A DNA stretch of 36,948 bases, from the sequence record SRR22947727_3313. One strand, given 5' to 3'. The first letter of the stretch is position 1; every line of letters starts with the position of its first letter. The notes under the pieces are model-generated. The model was given only the letters and a program-made list of their open reading frames with translations, was not told where the DNA came from and did not search any database. Below, in pieces: positions 1-9,059 of this stretch. Position numbers and translations under genes: made by a program.

Positions 1-1625
1 TCTGGTCCCGTGCCGGCTCTACCAAAGATTTCTATGTGGCTGGCGGTGGAGTTCACCCTGTGGTCAATGGCATGGCCACCGCAGCCGACTGGATGAGTGC
101 GGCTTCGTTTATTTCCATGGCTGGCATTATTTCCTTTATGGGTCGCGACGGCTCTGTCTATCTGCTTGGCTGGACCGGTGGTTATGTATTGCTGGCACTT
201 CTTATGGCACCCTATCTGCGCAAGTTTGGCCGTTTTACGGTGCCTGACTTTATCGGCGAGCGCTACTATTCCAAGACAGCTCGCATGGTCGCGGTTGTCT
301 GCCTGATCTTTGTGTCCTTTACCTACGTGGCTGGTCAGATGCGCGGTGTGGGTATCGTATTTTCACGCTTTCTGGAAGTGGATGTAGAAACCGGCGTTAT
401 TATCGGTATGGCCGTGGTATTTATGTATGCGGTTCTAGGGGGCATGAAAGGTATTACCTACACCCAGGTGGCCCAGTACTGCGTGCTGATTTTTGCCTAT
501 ATGGTACCGGCTATTTTTATCTCCATAATGATTACAGGCAACCCCATTCCCCAACTGGGCTTTGGCTCTGAGGTAGCCGATGGCTCGGGACTCTCTGTGT
601 TGCAAAAACTTGATTCCGTGCTGACCGATCTGGGATTTAGCGCCTATACCCAGGGCAGCAAATCAACCATAGATGTATTTGCTATTACTGCCGCCCTGAT
701 GTTTGGCACCGCTGGTCTACCCCATGTGCTGGTGCGTTTTTTCACTGTGCCCAAAGTCTCTGATGCGCGGAAATCTGCTGGCTATGCACTAGCTTTTATC
801 GCCATTCTTTACACCACGGCACCAGCCGTCGCCTCCTTTGCCCGTCTTAATCTGGTGGACACGGTTCACAATACCAGCTATGAGCAGGCACCTCAGTGGT
901 TTAGCAACTGGGAGAGTACTGGCCTGGTGGAATGGCAGGACAAAAATAATGATGGTGTTATGCAGTACAGCGCAGGTGCAGCTAATGAAGTAAAAATTGA
1001 CCGCGACATTATGGTGCTGGCCAACCCAGAGATCGCGAATCTACCCGGCTGGGTGATTGCGCTAGTCGCTGCTGGCGGTGTGGCTGCCGCCCTGTCAACG
1101 GCTGCTGGCTTGCTACTGGTGATATCCAGTTCAATATCCCATGATTTACTCAAGCAAACTCTAATGCCGTCTATCACTGAAAAACAGGAGCTGCTATTTG
1201 CCAGAATGGCCGCTGCGGTGGCCGTCTGCATTGCTGGTTTATTTGGTATCTATCCACCAGCCTTTGTGGCACAGGTGGTCGCCTTTGCCTTTGGACTGGC
1301 GGCCGCTTCTTTATTCCCTGCCATTGTGCTTGGCATCTTTAGTAAACGCATCAATAAACAGGGTGCCATAGCCGGCATGCTGCTGGGATTAATCTTTACC
1401 TTTGTCTATATTCTGTACTTTAAATTTATCTCGCCAGAACTGAACAGTGCCGAAAACTGGTTGCTGGGCATTTCTCCCGAGGGGATTGGCTTTATTGGTA
1501 TGCTGCTAAATATCGCCGCCGCATTTGCAGTTAGTCGCTTCACTGCCCCACCCCCAGTCGAGGTGCAGAATCTGGTCGATGATATCCGTATCCCCAGTGG
1601 TGCGGCAGTTGCCCATAGCCATTAA
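1..1625 (+). CDS. actP: Sodium:solute symporter, ActP/VC2705-type cation/acetate symporter (5'-truncated by window edge)
   Basis: Frame is open from position 3 (WSRAGSTKDFYVAGGG). SSS motifs NGMATAADWMSAASF, GRFTVPDFIGERY, GGMKGITYTQVAQY and GTAGLPHVLVRFFTVP; many TM helices. Confidence 0.85.
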   Translation, partial: WSRAGSTKDFYVAGGGVHPVVNGMATAADWMSAASFISMAGIISFMGRDGSVYLLGWTGGYVLLALLMAPYLRKFGRFTVPDFIGERYYSKTARMVAVVCLIFVSFTYVAGQMRGVGIVFSRFLEVDVETGVIIGMAVVFMYAVLGGMKGITYTQVAQYCVLIFAYMVPAIFISIMITGNPIPQLGFGSEVADGSGLSVLQKLDSVLTDLGFSAYTQGSKSTIDVFAITAALMFGTAGLPHVLVRFFTVPKVSDARKSAGYALAFIAILYTTAPAVASFARLNLVDTVHNTSYEQAPQWFSNWESTGLVEWQDKNNDGVMQYSAGAANEVKIDRDIMVLANPEIANLPGWVIALVAAGGVAAALSTAAGLLLVISSSISHDLLKQTLMPSITEKQELLFARMAAAVAVCIAGLFGIYPPAFVAQVVAFAFGLAAASLFPAIVLGIFSKRINKQGAIAGMLLGLIFTFVYILYFKFISPELNSAENWLLGISPEGIGFIGMLLNIAAAFAVSRFTAPPPVEVQNLVDDIRIPSGAAVAHSH

Positions 1626-1641
1626 AGAGTTTCAAGCTTTT

Positions 1642-1671
1642 AAAAAAGAGGAGGCTGTGCAAGCCTCCTTT
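1642..1671. terminator. Intrinsic terminator hairpin between convergent actP and pepN
   Basis: AGGAGGCT(1649-1656)-GTGCA-AGCCTCCT(1662-1669). An A-run precedes it (U-tract on the minus strand) and TT follows on plus. Confidence 0.7.
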
Positions 1672-1900
1672 AAATAGGATTAGATAGTGCCCAGGCGAAA
1701 GGTGCTAACGGGCATTAGCACCCCAGAACATCCAATAAAATACAATCCAAGAAAATTTAAAGAAAAATCAAAGTCTGGTCGCCTGAACATCAGCCCGGAT
1801 CGTGCAGGATCGGCGGACTGATACTTAAAGACTAGTCCAAAGTTTTAGCCTTTGCCCGGCAAAGCTCAGCAAATCTTGAAATAAGATTGAGACTGGCAAA

Positions 1901-4531
1901 TTACAGAGACTTTGAGACTATTTCTTGCAAGTCTTTCACCAGATTTGGCTCTTTAGCAATATCCTGTAATGCATTTTGCATAAGCTGACGATTGGGCTCA
2001 GGGAACTTCTTCCACTTGGTCAATGGTGTTACCAGCCGCGCGGCAACCTGAGGATTGACCGTATTCAAGGCGAGAATCTGCTCGGTTAAGAACCTGTATC
2101 CAGACCCATCCTGACTGTGGAAATTCACATGATTGGCGCTGGCAAAGGCACCGATCAGGCTGCGGATTTTATTGGGGTTGGTCATGGTAAATGCTTTGTG
2201 ATCCATCAGTTCAATCACCCGCTGCAGACCATTGGCCTGAGTGTTGGTGGCCTGAATCTGTAACCAGAGGTTCATTACCAGCGCTTCATCTCTAAATTTT
2301 TGCTCAAATAAATTCAGGGCCTGACTCGCGTAATCAGAGGCCTCTGGGCAGTTGACCAGAGCAGACAGGGCAGCCGCCTGATCAGTCATATTGTCAGCAT
2401 TTTGAAACTGAGCCCAGGCCAGCTCAATACCAGTGCCTACCAACATAAGATAACCCAGCGCTGCATTTTTAAGGCTGCGGCTACCCATCTGCTCAACATT
2501 GGGTTTATAGGCCTGGTCAGTTATATTCTGCTGGTAGACCACCTGCAACTCATCCATCAGGCAGCCAGCTAAGGCTGTGCGCATAAATAATCTGGCATCA
2601 TGAATGGCGTCCACATAGATAGTTTCAGCCTCCTCATGGAGCAGCGACTCAGAGGGCAGCTGAAGCATCAGGGCTACCATAGCTGGATCTAGAGAGGTAT
2701 CTGTCAACAGGGCCTTAAATGCCTCTACCAACTCCCCATCCACAATCATCGGGCGATCATGTTTGCTGTCATCTATCAGCTGGGTTAAAACAGCCAGACA
2801 GAGCGTTTGGCACGCATCCCAGCGATTAAAACCATCACTGTCATTGGCCATCAGATGGGCCAGCTGTTCTGGGCTGTAGTCGTAGTCCAATTTAACCGGG
2901 GCGGAAAAGCCGCGCAGCAGCGAAGGTACCGGCTCTTGTTTAATATTTTCAATCATCAGCTGCTGGCTGGCCTCGGTTATCTCAAACACCATCTCAGTCT
3001 GCCCTGCGGCATTGAGCTGCATATCGACACCATCGGCGCCCACCAGACCCAGCTTAACTGGAATAACCAGAGGCAGCTTTTCACTCTGATCCGGGGTGGC
3101 CGGGCAACTCTGCTGAAAATCCAGGGTATAGGTATTGGCTGCGGCATCATATTCCGAGCGCACCCTAACAACCGGGGTGCCAGCCTGTTTATACCAGCGG
3201 CGGAACTGAGTGAGGTCGCGGCCACTGGCATCTTCCATTGCGCTGACAAACTCCTCAATAGTGACTGCCTGACCATCATGGCGATCAAAATACAGATCTG
3301 TAGCTTTGCGATAGGTCTCAGCACCCAGCAAGCTGTGATACATGCGCACAATCTCGGCGCCTTTTTCATACACAGTCAATGTGTAAAAATTATTGATCTC
3401 CATATAGGAGTCCGGCTGCACCTGATGGGCCATAGGGCCACCGTCTTCAGCAAACTGATGAGTGCGCAAATAAGATACATCTTCAATGCGCTTTACCGTT
3501 GGACTGTTCATATCCGCTGAGAACTGGCAGTCGCGAAATACGGTAAAGCCCTCTTTTAAACTGAGCTGAAACCAGTCTCGCAAATTGACCCGATTACCGG
3601 ACCAGTTATGGAAATATTCATGGGCCACAATACCCTCGACCCGCAAAAAAGAGGCGTCGGTGGTGGTTTTCGGATTGGCCAGTACCGCAGAGGTATTAAA
3701 GATATTCAGACCTTTGTTTTCCATGGCTCCCATATTGAAATCATCCACCGCCACAATCATAAAAATATCCAGATCGTACTCACGGCCATAGACTTCCTCA
3801 TCCCAGCCCATAGAGTTTTTTAGCGACAGCATGGCGTGGTCACACTTATCCAGATCTTTCTCTTCAACAAAAATCTGTAATGGGATCTCACGCCCGGACA
3901 TAGTGGTAAAACTATCTTCAACCACCGACAATGTTCCAGCCACCAGGGCAAACAGATGGGATGGCTTTTTAAATGGGTCGTGCCAGGTCACCGTATGGCG
4001 GCCGGCATCCAGATCAGCGCGCTCTATGGCATTGCCATTGGACAGCAACACTGGATATCTGGCCTTATCCGCCACTATCTTTACGGTGAACACGGACATA
4101 ATATCCGGGCGATCAGGGAAGTAGGTAATGCGGCGGAAACCCTCAGCTTCGCACTGAGTGCAGTACATGGTGCGCGACCGGTAGAGTCCCATCATGGAGG
4201 TATTAAGCTGGGGCTGGATCAGCACCTCAGTGCTGACAACACAGCTATCAGGCAGATCGGGAAGGCTCAGCAAGTTATCAGAGAGGCTGTAGGCACTGCT
4301 ATCCAGGCGCTGACCATCCACGGCGATCCACTGCATCTGCACATCACCTTTGCTATTGAGTTCTAGTGCGCCAGTTTTATCGCTGCTATCTGGATTGCGT
4401 CGCACTGCCATCTTGGTAGTAACCCTGGTTTCCTCGTCACCCAGATCAAACAGCAGATCTGTGGTGTCTACCAAAAATGGTGAGACCTGATAATCCTTGA
4501 GATAAATCGTTTGCGGTAGCGCGTCTTTCAC
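1901..4531 (-). CDS. pepN: Aminopeptidase N (M1 zinc metallopeptidase)
   Basis: GAMENKG and HEYFH..E motifs, YEKGAE; 876 aa; GTG start with AAGGA RBS. Confidence 0.97.
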   Translation of the reverse strand: MKDALPQTIYLKDYQVSPFLVDTTDLLFDLGDEETRVTTKMAVRRNPDSSDKTGALELNSKGDVQMQWIAVDGQRLDSSAYSLSDNLLSLPDLPDSCVVSTEVLIQPQLNTSMMGLYRSRTMYCTQCEAEGFRRITYFPDRPDIMSVFTVKIVADKARYPVLLSNGNAIERADLDAGRHTVTWHDPFKKPSHLFALVAGTLSVVEDSFTTMSGREIPLQIFVEEKDLDKCDHAMLSLKNSMGWDEEVYGREYDLDIFMIVAVDDFNMGAMENKGLNIFNTSAVLANPKTTTDASFLRVEGIVAHEYFHNWSGNRVNLRDWFQLSLKEGFTVFRDCQFSADMNSPTVKRIEDVSYLRTHQFAEDGGPMAHQVQPDSYMEINNFYTLTVYEKGAEIVRMYHSLLGAETYRKATDLYFDRHDGQAVTIEEFVSAMEDASGRDLTQFRRWYKQAGTPVVRVRSEYDAAANTYTLDFQQSCPATPDQSEKLPLVIPVKLGLVGADGVDMQLNAAGQTEMVFEITEASQQLMIENIKQEPVPSLLRGFSAPVKLDYDYSPEQLAHLMANDSDGFNRWDACQTLCLAVLTQLIDDSKHDRPMIVDGELVEAFKALLTDTSLDPAMVALMLQLPSESLLHEEAETIYVDAIHDARLFMRTALAGCLMDELQVVYQQNITDQAYKPNVEQMGSRSLKNAALGYLMLVGTGIELAWAQFQNADNMTDQAAALSALVNCPEASDYASQALNLFEQKFRDEALVMNLWLQIQATNTQANGLQRVIELMDHKAFTMTNPNKIRSLIGAFASANHVNFHSQDGSGYRFLTEQILALNTVNPQVAARLVTPLTKWKKFPEPNRQLMQNALQDIAKEPNLVKDLQEIVSKSL

Positions 4532-4547
4532 TGGGGGTTTCCTTAAA

Positions 4548-5378
4548 TTAATTGATACTGAACTGTACGTTGTAAGCAGTGTATTTGCGGATATTGATTA
4601 CGCCTGCATCGAGAATAAGATACTGCCCTTTTATACCTTTTAAAACACCCTCAACCAGGGGTTGCTTATCGAGATTAAAGCTCTTCACTTTTTCCGGGAA
4701 TTCATGCACTGGGAAATTAATCTCTGTGGTGGTCTCATTGTAGAGGCGCTGCAAGGCCTGCAACCCAAACTCCTGTTCAAGCAATTCTAGACCAGATTCG
4801 GCCTTGGCGAGCAGATCATCGCGAATCGCAGCTAAATCCACAGACTCGGCATTACCTTTAAGCATCTTTTGCCAGCTGGTTTTGTCGGCCACAAACTCGC
4901 GAATACAGTCTTCAATCAGCCCCGCCTGATAGCGGGTCTGCACTCTGAAAATCGGCAGACCCTGGGTGGCCCCCTGATCAATCCAGCGGGTGGGCAGCTG
5001 AGTACCTCTGGTAATACCTACCTTTACGCCGGAACTATTGGCCAGATAAACAAAGTGGTCGGTAAAACAATACTTCTCACCCCAGGCCGGATCCCGGCAG
5101 GTGCCATGGTGAAAATGGCATCGCTCCGGACTCATAATGCAGGTATCACACTGGGGCAGCTTGGTAAAACAGGGGTAACAGTAGCCCTGGCTAAAGCTCT
5201 TTTTGGAGCGGCGCCCACAGTGAATACAGTGGATATCACCAATATGCTCAATGGCAATGCTCTCGCCTATGGCTTCATTGAGCGGGACTCGATGATCGTC
5301 CAGCGGAAGCTGATAAGAGACGGTATCACCAAGGGTTACTTCCATTTTTGCCAGATGACCTGTGAACTGTGTCGACAT
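4548..5378 (-). CDS. DUF2797 family Cys-rich putative metal-binding protein
   Basis: CIHC, CYPC, CDTC and CHFHHGTC clusters; KVGITR..Q.PTRWIDQGA; GIKGQYL. ATG at 5378 overlaps the yeaC stop (TAATG), so it is preferred over the GTG at 5390. Confidence 0.85.
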   Translation of the reverse strand: MSTQFTGHLAKMEVTLGDTVSYQLPLDDHRVPLNEAIGESIAIEHIGDIHCIHCGRRSKKSFSQGYCYPCFTKLPQCDTCIMSPERCHFHHGTCRDPAWGEKYCFTDHFVYLANSSGVKVGITRGTQLPTRWIDQGATQGLPIFRVQTRYQAGLIEDCIREFVADKTSWQKMLKGNAESVDLAAIRDDLLAKAESGLELLEQEFGLQALQRLYNETTTEINFPVHEFPEKVKSFNLDKQPLVEGVLKGIKGQYLILDAGVINIRKYTAYNVQFSIN

Positions 5379-5635
5379 TATTCTTTCCACCTAATGGGTT
5401 TTTGCTCTTCAGTGCTGGCAGCCGCCGGCTCGCAGGCAGTGGACTTAGGAGGCACATAGCCGGTGCGCTGGTCGGCGGGCTTGCGCACATCATAGGCAAT
5501 AACGGCCTGTATGCAGAGTTCTTTTTGGCCATCAGACAGAGCCCTCCCGTCCGGCCACTTACCTACCTCAATTGCCCGCTTGAGACTCTCGTAAATCTCC
5601 GGGGTAATGCTATCGAGCAACTGTCGCAAATCCAT
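5378..5635 (-). CDS. yeaC: YeaC (DUF1315) family protein
   Basis: ITPEIYESLKRAIEVGKWPDGRALS..QKELCIQAVIAY signature; 85 aa. Confidence 0.88.
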   Translation of the reverse strand: MDLRQLLDSITPEIYESLKRAIEVGKWPDGRALSDGQKELCIQAVIAYDVRKPADQRTGYVPPKSTACEPAAASTEEQKPIRWKE

Positions 5636-5668
5636 AGTTAACTACTCTCTACCTTAGTTTTTCCGCTG

Positions 5669-6277
5669 TCAGGTCCGGCCATTGGATCCAAATACTGACC
5701 CAAGCACGCCAAATACCAAACCCAGCAACATGCCGATCAGCAAGCCGCCAACATGGGCTCCATTGGCTACACCAACCCCCAGCACTAGCTCCAAAATACC
5801 TGTCATGCCCACTAGCAGCCAGACCAGCATAAACCCCAGAATACCAGGCGGCAGCTGCAGCAGGTGCTGGCGATCAAACTGACCCTTGACCCAAATATAG
5901 CCAAGCAGCGCGTAAACCACACCTGACATGCCGCCAAAGTTACCACTGCCCTGCCAGCTATACTGAATAAGATTGGAGACTGCACCGGTCACCAAAACCA
6001 GCAGCAATAGATGCAAAGAGCCATATAAGCGCTCTAGTCGCGCCCCGAGCAGGGCCAGCCACAGGCAGTTAAACGCGAGATGCATCAGGCCAAAGTGCAG
6101 GAAAATCGGGGTGACCAGTCGCCAATACTGGCCCTCAGCCAAGCCTCCAGCCATTAGTGCACGGGCTACAGGGAATGCAAAACTGGTCGCAGCAGCCCCC
6201 AGCAGACAGCCCAATAGCAACAGCGACACCGCAGGATGCAGTTTGGCACCAAGCCACCATCTGGCGTTGTTGGACAT
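5669..6277 (-). CDS. Rhomboid family intramembrane serine protease (GlpG-like core only)
   Basis: WRLVTPIFLHFG..HLAFN, GMSG catalytic Ser, AHVGGL catalytic His. Confidence 0.92.
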   Translation of the reverse strand: MSNNARWWLGAKLHPAVSLLLLGCLLGAAATSFAFPVARALMAGGLAEGQYWRLVTPIFLHFGLMHLAFNCLWLALLGARLERLYGSLHLLLLVLVTGAVSNLIQYSWQGSGNFGGMSGVVYALLGYIWVKGQFDRQHLLQLPPGILGFMLVWLLVGMTGILELVLGVGVANGAHVGGLLIGMLLGLVFGVLGSVFGSNGRT

Positions 6278-6286
6278 AGGGAATTC

Positions 6287-7183
6287 CTAATCAGTTGCTT
6301 TTTTTACGCCCAGTCGGCTGCCCCAGCCCAGTTTGGAGCGGCAGACACCATAAAAATTATTGTCTTTGGGGTGAATCAGCAAAATATCATTTTCGTGCTT
6401 TTTGATGGTAATTATATCCCCGGGCTCAGTGCCAAAATCATTGTGTCCATCGCAGGTAATCAGCGGGTGCAGTTCGTTTCTTGAGCTAACCCTGATCTCT
6501 ATTTTGGCGCCTCCATGCAAAACAATTGGGCGGCTGCTCAATGTATGGGGGTTTAGCGGCACCACCACCATGGCATCCAGCTCGGGGAATAGCAGCGGCC
6601 CACCGGCGCTAAGGGCATAGGCGGTTGAACCCGTAGGGGTGGAGACAATTAAACCATCGGAGCGCTGGCTGTACACAAACTCACCATCCACATAGAGTTC
6701 AAAGGCCATCATGCGCACCGACATACCAGGGTGCATCACAATATCGTTAACTGCAGTGCCTGTACCTATCTCAGTGCCATTGCGGGTCACTGTGGTTTCA
6801 AGGAGAAAGCGCCTGGTCTGTTTATACTCGCCATTCAGCACCGGCCACACCCGCTCTTCAATTTCATCGGGAGAGATATCGGTCAAAAAGCCCAGTCGCC
6901 CGCGGTTTATCCCCAGAAGAGGAATACCGCAGGCAGCCATTTTACGGCAGGCGCTCAGCATGCTGCCGTCGCCACCCACCACAATTCCAAGATCTATAGC
7001 ACCGGGAAACTGGTCGATCGGCAGAACCTTGTCGAGCTGCCAATTCACCAGGCTCGCGGCCTGCTCCTCGTAGACCACCTCACGACCCTGGGCGCGCAGA
7101 AAGGCTTCTAGCTTCTGCAGAGACTCCACTACCTCAGGGACATCCAGGCTGCCTAATAATCCGATACGCTGAAAATGGGACAT
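6287..7183 (-). CDS. nadK: NAD+ kinase
   Basis: GGDGS, GINRGRLGFL, ND, DGLIVSTPTGSTAYALSAGGP motifs. Confidence 0.96.
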   Translation of the reverse strand: MSHFQRIGLLGSLDVPEVVESLQKLEAFLRAQGREVVYEEQAASLVNWQLDKVLPIDQFPGAIDLGIVVGGDGSMLSACRKMAACGIPLLGINRGRLGFLTDISPDEIEERVWPVLNGEYKQTRRFLLETTVTRNGTEIGTGTAVNDIVMHPGMSVRMMAFELYVDGEFVYSQRSDGLIVSTPTGSTAYALSAGGPLLFPELDAMVVVPLNPHTLSSRPIVLHGGAKIEIRVSSRNELHPLITCDGHNDFGTEPGDIITIKKHENDILLIHPKDNNFYGVCRSKLGWGSRLGVKKATD

Positions 7184-7283
7184 AGCATGCTTCTTTAAAA
7201 AGTGTTTTTACGATTATACAGACTGTGGCCAGATTTCACTTAATTTCAGGCATAATAGCGGCAATCAGGTTGGATATTAAATT

Positions 7284-7802
7284 ATGACTGCAGCCCAAAA
7301 AAGTATCGTCCTTATAGGCATGCCCGGCGCAGGCAAGAGCACCATTGGTATTCTGCTGGCCAAAGAACTGGGACTAGACTTTATTGATACAGATATCAGT
7401 ATTCAGGTGCGCTGGGGCAAAACTCTGCAGCAAATCACCGATGAATCTGGCTATTTGGTTCTGCGCGACTATGAAGAACAGGTTCTGCTAAGTGAAGATA
7501 TTGACCACAGAGTAGTCGCCACTGGAGGAAGTGCAGTCTATTCCGAAGCCGGAATGGCCCGCTTAAAAGCCAGCGCAACGGTGATTTTCCTCTATGTATC
7601 ACTGCCCGTATTAGAGCGGCGGGTCACCAACTTTGATAGCCGCGGTATAGCCCGGCGTCCGGAGCAGAGTTTTGAAGAGTTATTTGCCGAGCGCGGCGAG
7701 CTCTATCAGCGCTATGGGGATATAAGTATCGACTGCAGCCACCTCAGTGTTAATGAGGCGCTGCAGGCTGTGTTGGAGGCGCTTCGGGACTCAGCTATTT
7801 GA
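7284..7802 (+). CDS. Shikimate kinase-family P-loop kinase (stand-alone, substrate uncertain)
   Basis: GMPGAGKST P-loop, FIDTD, ATGGSAVYS, ER..LY; 172 aa; not next to aroB. Overlaps the aspC end by 8 nt. Confidence 0.8.
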   Translation: MTAAQKSIVLIGMPGAGKSTIGILLAKELGLDFIDTDISIQVRWGKTLQQITDESGYLVLRDYEEQVLLSEDIDHRVVATGGSAVYSEAGMARLKASATVIFLYVSLPVLERRVTNFDSRGIARRPEQSFEELFAERGELYQRYGDISIDCSHLSVNEALQAVLEALRDSAI

Positions 7803-8988
7803 ATACCGACAGAATCGAGCTACCCAGATAATCGATATTACTTGAGTTGATACCCGCCAGATTGACCCGGCTGGACGACACAATATAGACCCCATATTCT
7901 TCACGCAGCTGGTCCAGCTGTGCTGTGTTTAAGCCCAAAAATGAAAACATACCTCTCTGCTGCTTGATATGGCTGAAATCGATACCAGCGGCATTGTTCT
8001 GGATACTGTCTGCCAGCAAACTGCGCATGGACTGAATTCTCTCGCGAACCTCAGTTAACTCGGCTTCCCAGTTAGCTCGCAACTGCTGATCACCCAGTAT
8101 CAGTGATACCAGCAAGGCTCCGTGGGCCGGTGGCATGGAATAAATCTGCCGCGCCACAGACATAGCCTGAGCCGCAACAATATCCGCCTGCTCTGGAGTT
8201 TCAGCGATAAAAGTAATTGACCCTGTGCGCTCGCGATAGAGGCCAAAGTTTTTCGAGCAGGACGAGGCAATAACCAGTTCTGGAAGTCGCTCTGCCATCA
8301 TACGCAGACCATAGGCATCCTCTTCAAGGCCATCCCCCAGCCCCTGATAGGCTGTATCTATAAAGGGCACAAAGCCGCGCTCCAGCGCCAGGTCGGCAAT
8401 CAGATCCCACTGCTCATGGGTTAAGTCTGCACCTGTGGGGTTGTGGCAGCAGCCATGCAACAGCACCATATCCCCGGCAGGCACCTGACGCAGAGTCTCC
8501 ATCATAGCGTCGGTTTCAACCTGATGGCTGTCGCGATTGTAGTAAGGGTATTCCTTAATCTCAAAACCGGCACTGCCCAGCAGAGGAATATGATTGGGCC
8601 AGGTGGGTACACCTACCCAGAGTTTGGCATCTGGACGCGCCCGCTGAATAACCTCAGCGCCCACGCGCAGTGCACCTGAACCGCCCGGCGCCTGAATGCT
8701 TTTGATGCGCCCGGCATTGAGAATACTGTGGTCAGCACCAAACATTAGTTCCAGAATGCGCTGGTTATAGTCGGGGTCTCCGGCAATGCCCTGATAGGCT
8801 TTGGTTGTCTCAAGTTGCATTAGCTGGGTTTCTGCCTCTTTGACAGAAGTCATCACCGGCGTATGGCCCCGATCATTCATATAGACGCCAACGCCTAGAT
8901 CAATTTTATTAGTGCGGGCATCTGCTCTAAATGCAGCCATCAACCCCAAAATGGGGTCCATAGCCACGGGATTCAAACTTTCAAACAT
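7795..8988 (-). CDS. aspC: Aspartate/aromatic amino acid aminotransferase (AspC/TyrB family)
   Basis: DPILGL, KIDLGVGVY, HGCCHNPTG, DTAYQG, SCSKNFGLYRERTG PLP-Lys motif. Confidence 0.9.
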   Translation of the reverse strand: MFESLNPVAMDPILGLMAAFRADARTNKIDLGVGVYMNDRGHTPVMTSVKEAETQLMQLETTKAYQGIAGDPDYNQRILELMFGADHSILNAGRIKSIQAPGGSGALRVGAEVIQRARPDAKLWVGVPTWPNHIPLLGSAGFEIKEYPYYNRDSHQVETDAMMETLRQVPAGDMVLLHGCCHNPTGADLTHEQWDLIADLALERGFVPFIDTAYQGLGDGLEEDAYGLRMMAERLPELVIASSCSKNFGLYRERTGSITFIAETPEQADIVAAQAMSVARQIYSMPPAHGALLVSLILGDQQLRANWEAELTEVRERIQSMRSLLADSIQNNAAGIDFSHIKQQRGMFSFLGLNTAQLDQLREEYGVYIVSSSRVNLAGINSSNIDYLGSSILSVFK

Positions 8989-9059
8989 TGCGGTTTCCTG
9001 AAGTTGGGTTGGGGACAGTAAAATTTGGACGCTAGTTTACTATGGATCGATAAATATTT

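Noticed and set aside
2807..3520. 237-aa antisense ORF inside pepN, and similar shadow ORFs within clpB, pntB, yajR, uvrA and ssb
   Set aside because: Opposite-strand or alternative-frame shadows of well-supported genes, with no recognisable motifs.
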